Shown here: positions 49,901-63,736 of the stretch, in pieces
Numbering within the stretch: the stretch's first letter is position 1
Layout: each line of letters starts with the position of its first letter
Assembly (NCBI GenBank): GCA_030704615.1
Contig: CM060734.1
Span: 2,046,001 to 2,109,736, forward strand
Source: Takakia lepidozioides
Lineage: Eukaryota; Plantae; Bryophyta
Reading direction: 5' to 3'
Length of the DNA: 63,736 nucleotides
Program-made: the position numbers and the translations under genes
The notes under the pieces: model-generated
Told to the model about the DNA's origin: nothing
The model's database searches: none
What the model saw: only the letters and a program-made list of their open reading frames with translations

Positions 49901-52900
49901 CACTACAGGAAAAGGGGGGCCTTTGCGACGCCCGCGCCACGCCGCAGCGTCGGGAAAACGCCCTTTTCGGGCATGCGGGAGGCGTAGAATTTGCGACGCC
50001 CGGCCGTCGCCCTGCAGTCGCAAGGGCGTCGCCAAAATGATGTCACAAAAATGTGACGTATGGGGGTCGCGAGCCCCCGCCCCAACTCCCGCGACTGTCG
50101 GACGTTGGTTTTTTCAGGCCGTCCGCGCCAATGGTAGGAGCCTCTTCGAGCGACGTCTCGTCATTGCGGCCCTCCAGCCGACGGCGTTGGTGGGGGCGCC
50201 GGCGCGGCATCGCATCCTTTTTTTTTTTTCTAACCTGCCCGGGAGTCAGCCGGGTGGTACGCCAAGCGACTATTGAGCGTGGCACAAAACAGCAGGAGAC
50301 GGTCTCTGCCACGCCCGGGCGTGGGTTGTTGCGACGCTCCGGCGTCGCTTTTGTTTTAAATTTAATTTAAAAAAAAAACGTGGCGCAGGCAGGGTGGCGG
50401 CCTGGCGTCGCGGCTTGCGACCCCCGGACTAAAAAACACGTTGCAGGGGGTGTCGGGCGTTGCCGCCCGCAAATGGGGTTTGCGACGCCCGACCGTCACT
50501 ACTTGCGACCCTTGCCCAAAAAACACGTCGCCATTGGCGACGTGCTGCAGTCGCGAGGGTAGCCTGGTGGGGGGGGGGGTTGGGGGTTCATTTTGGGGGT
50601 GAATTGGGGGTGGTTTTTGTTTTTTTCCTGGTTTTGTATTTGGGGATGGGAGAACTTACAGTTCCATTTCTCTGAGTTAGCAGGTACACAATTGAGCAAG
50701 CATGAATCGAGGGTGAGGACGGTGCGACACATGAATAAGATGGAAGATGGAAAGATGGAAATATATTTACAAGAAATGAGCTAAAAAAATCACAAGGGTT
50801 TTAGTAGACTGACCCTAGGACCTACATGGACTAGGACTAGTCATCCTCATCCTCATCCTCATCCTCAGTGGAGGACTCAGAGCTATCCGATGAGCTTGAT
50901 GACTCCGCGCCCTTTGCCAGAGCACGTAAATGAGGCGGTGTTCCCCTAAGTCCCATAGAGCTCTCATCCAATCCCTAGGCATGACCCTCGACCTCATCCA
51001 TACTAGTGCTCTGTAGTGCACTCATCCCCTCTGTGTTGGCCATGTTCTTCATGAGGGATTGCCAACCATGCTCCTTGGCGTAGGTGTATTCTACCGGAGA
51101 TGGCTTCCTCTCAAACGCGCGTTGCTATACATGCCACTAATTAAAGTCAGTTCTTCCCGATGATGGAGCCAAAAAGAAGACATAACAAAATCCATAGGGA
51201 AGTACGACTTACAAATTGCAAGATAAAACCCTTGGATCCGCCGACGCCCCACTTGTGTGTGGATTCGTGCTTGTCAAGGCGGACTGTTGTTGCTTCGCGT
51301 GCCCGGTCAAATTTGGCCTTGTTTGCGGCATCAGTCTCTCCCGCAATGAGGGCATCCCACGATATCTATCCCCCCCCCCCCCAAACAATTAGTGAATTAC
51401 ACACAAACGTTGCATCGAATCCACCTCATTAATGCATATGCGACAAATGGAAGGTGACATGATTCAGGATTTGCCAACCTGTGTAATTCCATAAGGTGGT
51501 TTGGGTATGGCCCCCTTTTCCATTGCCCTCCGAATGATTTGTCTGGCACGGTACCTCCTGTCCTTCAAGTTTCGCCCCACCATCTCCATCACCCTTGTGT
51601 CACTCCAATTGCCCGGAAACCGACGGTCTAACTCATGGGCATACGCCCGCTTCGCGCCAAAGTGCTGATCAGCCCACTCGATGTGCAAAGGGAACCACCT
51701 CAATGCGAGTTCGAAGGCTGGCTTCTTCATAGCCTCCCAGAACGCACCGCAGGGGTCACCATGGCGATTCACCTCCACTGGTGGCACCACGATCTTTGCC
51801 AACTCCACGTCCTGTATCGCCAAGGCCATCCCACCCTCTCCCTTCTTTGTAGCCTCCTTCCCCTGCTCCTTTGTTACCCCACTACCCTCCCCCGCATGCA
51901 TACTCACCCCTTCCTCTCCATATGACTTCTTTTTCTTTTTCTTCTTTTCCTTCCCCTTCCCTGTTACTTCCTCTCTCTCCTTCTCCCTCCCCCTTCTCTC
52001 TCTCTCCTCGGCAGCCCCTTCATTGATGGTAAAAGGGATCTCGGGAGATCGAGGCCTCTTCTTCTTACCTTTGGTGTTTGGGTCCTTCATGAACACCACG
52101 TGCTCTCCCTCATTGGCAACCCCAATGGACTGCACCAATGAGGCCAGCCATGTTGTTGCCTCCTGAAGACAAATAACCCCTCCAAATTCAAAAAAAGAAA
52201 CAAACAACAAAGAAAATCATGCATGCAAAGGAAAGGATAAATCATTGAACAAGGTGCGACAGTTGTACCTTTGCAAGCTTGTCCGACTCGCCCTTGGTGT
52301 CACCCGATGTGGGAGGAGTCCCCGTTTCCGGATGTGCCTGCTCTATCCCCTCCCAAAGCGCCACTGGAAGTAGATTCCAGATGTGGAGCATAGCCGGCGG
52401 CGGCGCCCCGTAGTCCAGGCCCTTCTTTGCTGACCATTTAGGCTCAGGGGGCGGTGTCGCTGATCGGCTAGGCTGCTCCGAACCGGCCCATACCTCCTCC
52501 TCTCCCCCCCCCAAATGCGTATCAGGGTAGAAGCCCTCACCCAGCTTGACTTCTTCGAGGCGCTTCGCTATCTTGGTCACTTCATTGGCCCTCCTTGTCT
52601 CCTCCTCCCCCATCGACAACAATAGGCTGGCAATGGAGGCTTTCAAAGGCCCTTGAACCTGACGTTGGGCCTTGGCAAGTGCAGCCTTTGCTGCGGAGGA
52701 AGGGGTCGCTATGGGGGTGACATCCAAAAGGTGCCCATACCGGGCCCCCGAACGGGTGATGTGCTTGCCAAGGTACATTTCACCCGTCTTGGTGGCCGGG
52801 GGTGTGCTCAACTGAGCATCCGGCTCAGCAACAACCTCCCGAATAGGAGAGCTGGCTGAGCCAGCCCCTGGCGCATCCAAGATGTGGACAAGAGGGGGGG

Positions 52901-53100
52901 TACTGGCCTCGGGGGGCAGACGAGCCCTCCGGCTGCGGCTGTCGACGTGGCTGGTTAGCCGTGAGACGCCCTGGCGCGTCACACGTTCCGGCAGAGCAAA
53001 CAGATTGTCTGCCCCTTTCTTTGGGGTAGGGGACTTCTTCTCTTTCCCCATAAGCTGGCACTTGTAACGCAAACCCACAAGTTGGCCTCATTAGGAACAT
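49901..53100 (-). mobile_element. CACTA (En/Spm) element end with spliced ORF2-like gene
   Basis: CACTACAGGAAA terminus at 49901, dense GCGACGCC subterminal repeats to ~50560, minus-strand exons 53078-50815. The other end is not seen. Confidence 0.75.
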
Positions 53101-53335
53101 TCCAGATCAAAAACAAAAAAAACCAAGCATGTCGGGGGCTGAGAGCAGCAAGTGCTCGGGGTCTCGAGAGGGGGCAACAAAGAGAAAAGAAAAAGGTGGG
53201 GGGGGGGGGGGGGTGACTGAGCACCAGCAGCAGCTGCTAAGCACCACAGGCTCAGTCACTCCCACCCCCCCCAATTTTTTTCTTTTTTGGTTTCCTGATC
53301 TCTCCCTCTATCTCTCCCTCTTTGTCCCTCCGTCC

Positions 53336-53367
<32 letters not shown>

Positions 53368-53424
53368 TGCTGTTCAAAAAAATAAACAAACCACAAGGGA
53401 GAGAGGGTGCAGAAAAAGTTAAAA

Positions 53425-54141
53425 GATTATACTCATAAGACGTTGTTTGCCGTACCTTGTGGCCATTGACCCCGCGCCTAGTTTGAGCGGAAAAAAAAGG
53501 GACAGAACCTGCCTCTGTCAGGGGCTGACATTGGTAGTAAGACTTACCTTCATATATAGAATTAATCTGGGTTTTCCAGATATCCTCTAGAAATCCCTTC
53601 ACACAAGCATCAAACTGCTGTGTGTGATTTGCCCAATAAGTAGGCCTCAGGAGGGCCTAGGCTTTTGGCTCAGCCTTAAGACTTTCAAAGTTGGTAAATA
53701 GAGGTACAGGCACAATTCCCTTGATAGATTTGAAGAGAGCGTCTCTTTCGTGAGAGAACCCCAGACAGTGTATCAGAAAATGAGTACTGTCTTCAGATTG
53801 CCCACACAACGGGCAATTGCACTCTCCCTTTCCTCTCTGCTTCTGTTTGCTATTCAAAGGTAGGCTTCATGCCCTGAGTTTAAATTTCAGTCTAGTGCCG
53901 AGAGTGGGTAGACCCTTGAGGTCATCCAAGATGTCCTCCCCCATGTCACTGACTGGAAACAAGTTCAGGGAAGTTTTCTGCCTAACTTCATTTTCATCAG
54001 ACAATCTCATGGCAACAGACATGGCTTTGGACACTACAGCCTCTAAGTCAGATTTATCAACCCATATTGCAGATCCGTAATCCAAGGCAGGTCTAATAAT
54101 GCGACAAAGCATGGTTTTCTTAACCTCAGAGTTGACCCCTC
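53425..54141 (-). mobile_element. 5'-truncated LINE with 17-bp TSD
   Basis: IIRPALDYGSAIW and CPLC..EDSTHFLIHC knuckle; TSD tgcagaaaaagttaaaa at 53408 and 54142. Confidence 0.85.
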
Positions 54142-54716
54142 TGCAGAAAAAGTTAAAAAGAGAGAGGGAAGATATTCATGTCATGTCAAGACATGGACAA
54201 GACCAACTAGGGTCATTGTCAATTAAAGACATAAACAGCCCCATGATAGGGCACCATCTAACATTTCCAGTCTTGTCATAACATGCCAAGTGACGCCACC
54301 CATTTAGTCATGATAAAACAGGGTGGGAGGGCGGGGTATGTTCATAATCAGATTCTTGTCATGTACCCAAGTGACCCTCTTGCACAATATAAGTCAGATT
54401 GCAGCCTCAGATTACATCATCCATAGTTATCCATAAAATATGCACCATGCAAGATATCATGGGCATATAAGAGTAACTTGCCACATTACAGATCCAAGAT
54501 ATGTATACACAAGTACCTTGAGGTGATCCAAGACAAGCATTATGCAAAGTAGGTAAGAACAGTCTGCCTTACAACACATTTAGTGAGTGTTCACACCGGC
54601 AGCAGGAAGGACCAGCCTGCAATTAATTATACTTCAGGCCTGCCACCAAGTACACTCTTGGGCAAGGTAAGCCATATTACAACTTCACATTTGGCCAAAT
54701 GTAAGCATCCCAAAGC

Positions 54717-56320
54717 ATGCATCGTGCAAGGCCTTCTGGGTATGTAAGAACAGTCTGTCATTGTATATATTCAGGACCTGTGCATATAGGACTCTTGCTG
54801 GCCCAGCCTGTAGTAAATCAGACTTCAAACATGCAACCAAGTGAACACTTTGGGCATGACAAGACTGACTGCGACTTCATTCTACATCATGTACAGTTGC
54901 CCCAAGATATACATCATGTAAGGCGTTTTGGCATGGAAGAAAGGCATGCCCGCTTGAAAGCTTTTCCCCACGTACCACAATTATATTTCCCTGCCACTAG
55001 ACCAGATGGGAAAGATGGGCAGCTGTACCCACTCACCCAGCTTCCAAAGGGCATGAACGTCGACCCCGAATCGGGCCTGTCTGCAACACCACATCACATA
55101 ATCATACAATTTGACAAGGATACAGACATGCCCAAGGAGCATGCTCTATACCGTGCAAAGAAAAGGTTCGCAGATATGAACATCCCCTTGGGGAATGTTT
55201 TGTACTCCCCAATCACGGCATACACCAAACATGCAAGCAAACTATGGTCAAGGTTACTCAAAGTCGAGCTGCTGAACCCGACCACTGACGGGATTGCGCT
55301 GCTCAATGGCAACAGAGCCTTTGTTATGGAGATGGCTTCCGAGATCAGGCTGCAAGGTAAAATTGAAAAGGCCTTTGACGTGCTGGCATCCCCGGACTAC
55401 CTCTCTCTTTACTTGAACAGTGAGACACTGTTGGGCACCATCAGTTACAAGCTCACAATGCACTTCATCATGGAAGCGTACTACCACGGTGACGAGTTCG
55501 AAATCATGAACGTGTACAAGCCAGGCTCTGACAAAAAATTATGTTTTATCTACTTAGCTTCTGTGGATACAAAAAAACGCATGCTGGAAATGGAAGTCCG
55601 CATCGACCACACCCTCATCAGGCCGCAGCTGCGTACCCGCCGAGGCAGCACGACAAGTCTTGCCGCCACCCCCCAGGAGATAGTGGCAGAGAGGGATGCA
55701 CTTATGCTTGTTGTAAAAAGCTTGGACCCGCTACACTCCCAGGAGGTTACAGAAGCTGCTCTCAGGGATGCCTTCGGCAAAGATAACATCATTCAAGTCT
55801 ACTTCGGTAAAATCGCCCCAATGGAGAAAACCAAACACTCAGGCATGGCACTCATCACTTGCAAGAATCCCAGCCTCCGAGTCGCCAATATAAATCAAGC
55901 CCTGGCAGATACCGTCAACTCTATCAGCATTAAAACGGACCCGGGCCCTGCAAACGTCATGATACCATGATGCTAGAAATAGAGAGAAAGCTTGCGGAAC
56001 ATGCCATCACCATCAAAACCAACTTTAGAGGCGAGCTGGCTGCTATGGAATCTAGGGTGGCCGTCACCATGGCAGCGCAACAAGAGGAGAATCACTCCTA
56101 TCTAGTCTCTCTACAAGACTCTATCACAAAGAATCTGGGGGCCAATTTGGCCAACTTCTACAACCATGCGAACATGGTGTTAGACAAGCTCCCACTCCCA
56201 CCCAACAAGGTCACTAGTTCCACGGGGCAAGGCGGCTCCAGCAACCCACCAGCCAGCCAGCCAAAACAGGGGATTCCGACCAATGGTCCTTCTTGCGTTG
56301 CAGCAAGAAGGCCCTCGTAA
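54717..56320 (+). CDS. Intronless ORF(s) with RRM-like segment and coiled coil; probable retroelement ORF1
   Basis: 417+117 aa frames joined by a frameshift. LVVKSLDP..EAALRDAFG..HSGMALITC resembles RNP2/RNP1. Confidence 0.35.
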
Positions 56321-59300
56321 GCTGGGCACTGCAGGCCTCCTTGGCACTCAGCCTGCACCCGTGCCTGGGAGGCAAGCCCCCGAGTCCCAGCACGCCACAT
56401 GTCGTGGCCCTTCGCCTTGAGGGCAGGGGGTCGGGACACAAAAGGGGCCGCCACTGTGGTGGGGGCAGTGGCAACAATAGAGACGGGGGCTACTGCACCC
56501 TTGAGTTCCCAAGGCACTCAAGGAGGAAGAGGCGCTCACTAGGTGGAACCCCGCACACCGGGTTGCAGTGAGGGTGGTTCCACGAGGGGTGGTGGTAGCT
56601 AGTGGGGGTGGCAAGGACTCACCATGGGGCGGAGACCTTGTGGTGGGAGTCGTGGGGAGTCTTGGGACTCATCACGGTCCAATGGGGCCGTGATGGGTGG
56701 GCCAAGACTCGCTGCGACTCACCACTGGGAATGGAGGGTCTTCGTGGTGGTTCGCCATAAAAGGATGGTGTTGTTTGTGAAACCCCCGCAGACAGTCACA
56801 GAAGTATATATAGGGAGTAGTAACCCCGAGAACGGTGCAAACCCGTTGGTGACCAAAAACTAGTGAGTAAGCGTGCGAGCCGGAAAGCGACCAAGGTGTG
56901 GGGAGCTGTTCCGGACTGCCAACAACCAAAGGGAATTTCCACTAGGCCCAAATTGAGAGAGGGTCTTGTGAAGGAGCAAAGGGGGACCGTTATGTCACGG
57001 TGAGTAGCCGAAGCTCCAAGTTGGCCCGGCGGCCAGTTTGGGAGTTAGGCACGCGCATCAAAGCGAGTAACTATGACTTGAAGGAGAGATTACCAAAGTG
57101 AGGTGCGCGACACTTGGTATCAGAGTCTAGAGTTCAGTACACGATCGTCCTTGAGATCGGCCTCATCATGGGGTCGGGCAAGCCAAAGCGAAAGCGGAAT
57201 GGCCCGAAAGATGATGATCCTGCTGAACCCGGAGGAGGCGACGTGTCACCGAAGCGGCAATTTGAGGAGACGATTCATGCTTTTGAAAGCGAGGCCGCTC
57301 AAGAACGGGAGGAATCTGGGGAGTCGGAGCCCGAGGACTTGCCGGAGGCTCCGGCAGACCAATAGATGCCTCCCATGCCAGCAGCATTTTGGAAAGGGTT
57401 GTTGGCGCAGTTTGGCGGGACGTTGAAAGACATGTTGAGGGCGGCTAATGCCACTTCCACTAAGGCAAAGTTTAAGGTGAAGCCTAAAGAACCCAGCACC
57501 TTCGAGGGCATCCAAAATCGGAAGGCACTCAACACCTGGCTCATCAGTACTTCCGGGCGGCCAAGTTGAGTGACAAGGATCGGGTGGAAGTGGTTCCCAC
57601 CTATTTGAGGGGCTATGCTCAACAATGGTGACAGAAACGCCTTCATGACCAAGGTCCAAACCCAGAAACCTTGAGTTGGAGTGGGTTCAAGGAACTAATT
57701 AAAAGACAGTTTGTGCCCTTCAATGCGTCCTGGCTCGCCCGGGACAAGATGAGGAATTTGAAGCAAACGGATGACATTCGGGGATATGTTCAGGCTTTCA
57801 ATGTGCTATTGCTCGAAGTCGCGGATATGGCGGAACCAGAAATGGTCTTCAACTTTGTGGCGGGACTGGCCCCATGGGCCAGGCGGAAGTTGGAGGAGAA
57901 GCCACCTAAGACTTTGAACGAGACAATTGAAAGGGCTGAATGTTTCTCGGATGTCCCTAGGGGCGAAAGACAAGGCCGTACGGAGCTGAACCACAAGAAG
58001 ACTCAGCGGGAGGGTGACTCCTTCCGACCGGAAAAGAAGTGGGATAGGCCACGCGGCGACAATGACACATGGAAATCGAAGGGAGGGCCTTCACACGTCA
58101 AGGCGGCACCCGGTGCTCCGAAAGGAAAATCAGGTGCAACGGCTTATGGCGGACAGAAGGCGACCTTCGATGGAGTGTGCTTTAATTGCGGGGAGCCCGG
58201 GCACATGGCTAAGAAGTGAGCGAAGCCCCGTCAATTGAACATGACTCGGGCGACCACGAAGCTGTCCGAAGATTCCATCAGCCGCTTGGTGGAAGCGGTG
58301 GTCGCCAAGACTTACAAGGTAGGCAACTACTCTTGTGAGTTGTATCAGGAGACTGGCGCCTTGCGTAAAAGGAGTCAGTTAATGTTCGTGAGTGGGATAA
58401 TTTCCGGAACTAACGTGTCATTGTTGGTGGACACAGGAGCGTCGCACTCCTTCATGACACCGGCAACGGCACGAAAGCTCGGGCTCCCGATAAGTGACGT
58501 AGGGGGTTTTATTGAAGTGCGTTCTGCCAAAGGAGAACCACAATTGGCGACGAGGTTGGTGTTCGATGTTCTTCTTCAGCTCGGGTATTGGGAGGGACGT
58601 GAGAACTTCACCATTTGCGGGATCGATGGAGTGGATCTCATTTTGGGGATGACCTTTTTGAGCAAATCCGGAGCGGTCATAGATGGCCGCAAGAGAATAG
58701 TCACGCTACCGTGTGGGAATGGTGGCGAAGTTTTACTAGTGTCAGAAATGCCCACCCTGTGGGAGGGCGAATAAACCTGCTATCAACAAAAGAATGGGCC
58801 GTGGAGGAGCCACACGAGCCCCAGTTTTTGCTTTATGTAAGACAAGTGGAAGGAGAAGGCGATAGGGAGCTGAGCCCAGATTGGATCAAGGGGATCTTGG
58901 AGAAATACCAAGATGTGATGTCGAAGGATTTACCAAGCGGCTTGCCACTGCGAAGAGGAGTTGACCACAGGATTGAGGTGATACCGGGATCGGAGCCACC
59001 TGCCAAGGCGCCCTACCGGTTGAGCCACAGAGAGTTGGTCGAGCTGAAGGCTCAGCTCAAGGATCTAATGTCAAAGGGGTACATCCGGCCGAGTAAGTCA
59101 CCCTACGGAGCCCCGGTGCTATTCGCAGACAAGAAGGATGGGACGTTGCGGATGTGTGTCGATTACAGGGCTCTGAATAAGATGACTATCAAAAACCGGT
59201 ACCCTTTGCCAAGGATCGACGACCTCTTCCATCGGTTGGCAGGAGCGAAGTATTTCAGCCGGATCGATTTGCGCTCTGGCTACCATCAAATCTGAGTGGC

Positions 59301-60520
59301 GGAAGGAGATGAGAAGAAGACCGCGTGCAGGACAAGATATGGTTCATATGAGTTCTTGGTGATGCCTTTTGGGCTCACCAATGCACCCGCGACCTTTAGC
59401 ACGCTAATGAACAGCCTTTTCTAGGAGTGGTTGGATGACTTTGTGATCGTGTACATCGACGACATCTTGGTGTACTCGAAAACAAAGGAGCACCTCAAAA
59501 GGGTGTTCCAAAAATTGCGGGAAAGGAAGCTGTATGCCAAAGCTTCAAAGTGCGAATTTGGGGTCACAAAAGTGGAGTTCCTAGGGCATGTGATTACACA
59601 GGTTGGGATCAAAATGGAAGACAGAAAGGTGAGGGCGATCTTGGACTGGGAGCCTCCAACTTCAGTCCCGGGAGTGCGATCTCTCCTAGGAGTCGCCTCC
59701 TATTACCGAAAGTATGTGAGAAATTTCGCCAAGATCACGAGGCCGCTGTCAGACCTTTTGTGTAAGTCCAAGGTATGGGTATGGAACACCTTTTGTGGCC
59801 AAGCTTTTGCCGAGTTGAAGCAGCGGATGGCGGAAGCTCCAGTCCTGAAAATCCCGGAGTTCGACCGACCATTTGAGATTCATACGGATGCGTCGGACTT
59901 CGCAATTGGGGGTGTACTCATGCAGGATGGACGTCCAGTGACTTACGAAAGTAAGAAACTGAATGAAGTGGAGCAACGGTGGCCTACGCATAAGAAAGAA
60001 ATGAAGGCGGTGGTGCATTGCTTGGCGCCACTATGTTGGTTCCAACCCGGTGAAGGTGTTCACGGACAATGTCACGGTGAAGTATTTTGCCACGCAGCCT
60101 AAGTTATCCTTAAAATAACTTAGGTGGCAAGACACTTTGGCAGTGTTTGATGTGGATATCCAGTACAAACCGGGACGGGACAATGTGGTGGCTGATGCTT
60201 TAAGTAGAAAGCAACAGCTCATGTTGGTGTACAAGGGCGAGACGGCGCTCCAAAGGAAGATCCGGAAGGCTTACCGGAAGGATGAGATGGCAAAGTCCGT
60301 GATGCGGGACTTGAGGATGGGGGTTAAATCACAGTTCCACTTGCACAATGGACTGCTCCGGTACAAGCAAAAGCGCCTCTACGTGCCGAAGGGAGGGATC
60401 AAAGATAGTCTCTTGAGAGAATGTCACGATGGCCCGCTTACGGGCCACGACAGAGCCGAAGCGCACCGCGGCACTCTTGAAGAAAGAGTACTTCTGCCCA
60501 AACTGAGGGAGGAGGCCGAG
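56315..60520 (+). mobile_element. Ty3/gypsy element: 5' LTR, PBS, gag-PR-RT-RH, truncated integrase
   Basis: LTR ends ..CA at 57112 (start approximate). PBS TGGTATCAGAG (tRNA-iMet) at 57115. CFNCGEPGH, LVDTGASHSF, YIDDIL, TDASDFAIG. Confidence 0.9.
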
Positions 60521-60533
60521 CAACGACGCAATG

Positions 60534-60755
60534 GCGTGAGCGTTGCACGTGAGCGCGCGAGCGTACGCTCACGCAGGAGTGACGTGGCATGAGCGTACGC
60601 TCACGCAGGAGTGACGTGGCATGAGCGTACGCTCACGCCAGCTGACGTGGCGTGAGCCTGCACACATGCTGACGTGGCGTGAGCGTCATGTCAGCATGCT
60701 GATGTGGCGGTAAATGATGACGTGGCATTGTCCGTCAACTGCCACGTCAGCATTA
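60534..60755. repeat. 32-bp tandem units with palindrome GAGCGTACGCTC plus GACGTGGC repeats
   Basis: Palindrome cores at 60559, 60591 and 60623. Confidence 0.85.
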
Positions 60756-61099
60756 ACATGCGCCGCCTATAACCGTGGATGGTCCTATGACCGTGGAATT
60801 AATGCAGGGAATCTTGCCTAAATAGAATCAAGACGAGCGTTGAGGCCTACAATTGCAGCATCCAACATTGTGCAATTACAAATGTTTGTTTCACTTTTAC
60901 AATTACGAAGACGACAAAATATCCTCACAAAGTGTGCGCCATAAAGGCTGCCACGAGAAGACTTCCTCCCTCCTCAAATAACAATGAGAGTTATGATCAT
61001 CTTCAAAAGATGATTGTAGTGCATAGCGACAGCAAGACATGTAGACTTCGAACGGTGCAATGACAAATGTGCACTACCTAAAAGTTGTCACTCAGACCT

Positions 61100-63736
61100 C
61101 ACTCCGTATAGTTGGAGGCCATATCATTGCACAGCCGACGAATTGATGTGAATTACACATTTCAAATCATGGTCATCCACATACCACATTACATAGTTCA
61201 TGCTACCCATGTGTTGTATCCCGCTGCAAAAGAGTATCGACCTCGTTGAAACTCATAGTGGCCTGGTGAATAAAGTTGTCACGTTTGGGATCGCAAACCA
61301 TCCTCCTCAAAATATGAAATACAAATGTTTGCAGGGTATGAATTTACCTCTCTTGCCCAAACTGGTTGATAGCATATTCACAAAATCAGGACATGTGCAA
61401 TTGGGGAAATTGGAAACCGTGATGTCGTAGGTCCTGTCATGAACAGCAGATGTGGAAGTGATGATTGTGAATACCCGACCATATCCTGGATCGGGTACTT
61501 CCGTGGTGCTTCCAACACGAGCTTGGAGCATTCTTGCGGACTCCACTTTGCCAAAGTGTTCAGCGGTTGGAGGGAAACGCCGAACGAGCTTTCCATCTCG
61601 TTTGGTTGCCACAAGTCAGGATTTGCCGGGGACCCGGGAGGACGCAGGAGTAGTAGCACATGCATGGAGTTGGGGTTGTCTCGCAAGGGAAAAACCTGCC
61701 TCCTCCAGCATTTCAATCTCCTGAAAGCTGAGATGTGTTCCCACCTTCACGGGCCAAACGGTTGGAGGAGATGGCTTCATCACTACGGAAGGACGCACAG
61801 TTCCATGCACACATCTGGCACAATCATCTGCGCAGAACCAGAACTTGTGGTTCTTGGCTTCTGGTTGACCGTATGGACGCATCAAGCCCGTGAAAGTCGA
61901 GCAGGAGTTCGGGCACCACCTCTGGATATAGATGAAGTGCACTTCTCGAAATTAGTTGCCCTGATCGCTGTACATTCACACGAGACCCGACACTTGTGCG
62001 TTCTATGTGCAAACGTGGTCGGGGCATGCGGACTCAAGCACATCAAGGGGGTTGTTTCTCTCCTGCATCATTTCAGTGGCACGGTTTGATGCTGGAGCTT
62101 GCCGTCATGTTGGAGGTTCCTCCACAATGGAGGTTCCGGACACGGAGCTGTCATGCAGGGGAACACGAGGCTTCGAGAAGTTATCACGGTCTGCCCTGTG
62201 GGAATCTGAATCCGAACCAGGTGGAGTGTTCAATTTCCTCTTACAGGAGCCGAATCTCTCCTCCCCTTCAAGATGTGGAACTCTAGAAACAAGTTGGCGT
62301 TCCCTGGGCATACATGCTCACCGCCCGTGCTATCTTGATTGGATCCCCAGATCTGTTTGCAGCACGCCAACATCAACTCCGATTTGTCCGGACCCTTGCC
62401 ACCAACCCCACCTCGTAAGAAATCACGGTATCGGGTTTTGTTGTTGCAAGGCACGTATCAAATCATCTGTTGTTGCCACATACAAATCCGACCTCTTTTC
62501 CCAGACTGCTGCAACCATGCATTGTGCACAGTTTCTGCCAAATTGCAAGATGGCATGTCTGCCATTTCCTCAATGGACATGTTCTGCAAAGAGGATAACC
62601 ACACTTCAGAATAGTGCACAGGAAACAAACATAAAGAAAGCAACAAAAATATGGAAAGCAAATGTATGAATAAAGCATGAAATAGAAGCCTCGTACCATT
62701 GTCATGGCTGCTCCCCACTGTCTATACCGGAAGTGCCAAAACGCCAGCCAATCTTCCAATGCTCTCATACTCTCAAGTGATGCAGCTCCAGAAGAGAACC
62801 ACCAGGCACGAATTGTCTGGACAAAGTGTCCGCCTCCTTCATTGTTCTAGCATCTTTGTACTCTTTGCACAATTTACGGTGCTGAGTCTGCATCTCTGGT
62901 TTGATGTCCGACTTTGTATGTTTTTCCAGAGATTGTGTCCAATGGAATAGACATGTACGCTCTCTTCCTGGCATAGGCACTTTGGGTCGCCCGATCCGAA
63001 GACAATACGAATAGCATTGAAATTTGCTTGAAGCACTATCCGCCATGAAACCTGCGAAAATTTGGAGATGGCAGCCCATGGCAGCCCATGACACGTATCA
63101 GGGAATTCCACATGAGCTTCTGGGATTCCGTATCCTCGATTGCATGTCACAAACTGCAATTGTCATAACTCGTTGGTACACACTGGATCGTACGACATGA
63201 CAAGCATTGTCGTCAATCCTTCACTCGTTTCACATGATCAACATAAGAAAACAGTTTCTGCAAGTCCCCAGTCTTCTGGCATCCGCTTCACGAGGCTAAC
63301 CCCACTGCCTCCCAACAGTCGACATTTTGAAAAGAAAAACTTTGATGGCACCTTGACCTGGGAATACATTGTCCTGGATGTAATCGTACTGCTCAGTCGT
63401 TTCAATTCCAAAATATTGTCTATGTAGCCTCTGATCCCAGAGCCCATTCTCAATGCATTGAGCTGATGCCGAATGTTGGTGACTTAAAGTGGAGAAATGA
63501 TCCATGACCAGTCCAATGCTGCAAGCCGTCAAGTTTAGTCCCCACAGAATCTCCTTCACTCAAATATGGCTTTCCCAAGAAGGACTTGCTTGCGCCAAGA
63601 GCAATTGCAGATGTTGTTGCGGATGGGATTCTGCCCGAACTCCTGTTTGATCAACCTCGATACTGTCTCAACACTCTCCCTGTAATCCCCCTTTGAGACA
63701 GGATGGTTATGGAATCCAAAATGCACACAAGCTCTC
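61100..63736 (-). mobile_element. Mutator/MULE-like DDE transposase with SWIM zinc finger (degenerate, runs off the window)
   Basis: GFMADSA, RTCLFHW (CxxH), CNLAETVHNAW; SWIM NCTCPDF..PCKHLYFIF; frameshifts. Confidence 0.75.

Overview
This is eukaryotic, TE-rich plant DNA with spliceosomal introns; the gene and TE families suggest a non-seed plant (inference). It holds two intact host genes: peptide deformylase PDF1A (30453-33376, +) and a GH17+X8 GPI-type beta-1,3-glucanase (45015-47841, -). There is also a disabled RHL1 copy. Most of the rest is decayed TEs: three Ty3/gypsy, a copia fragment, a CRE-like RLE retroelement, Dualen/RandI-like LINEs, a Penelope-like fragment, a tRNA SINE, CACTA elements and a MULE/SWIM transposase. 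Two results stand out. (1) A spliced, now pseudogenised gene fuses a ParB/Srx-like domain (WDGNHR) to a beta-class N4/N6 DNA amino-methyltransferase fold. Its introns carry 12 copies of a 22-bp palindrome (AACCTTGCGT-NN-ACGCAAGGTT), a ParB/parS-like arrangement, and a second diverged MTase homolog lies at about 38 kb. (2) The first 30 kb has been scrambled by in-place inversions (5408-9377, 10777-27447, 27448-27583). Flipping them back rejoins the ParB-MTase gene in frame, the gypsy pol, the CRE element and RHL1 exon 1 to exon 2. All calls are by eye and motif recognition; no database search was run.
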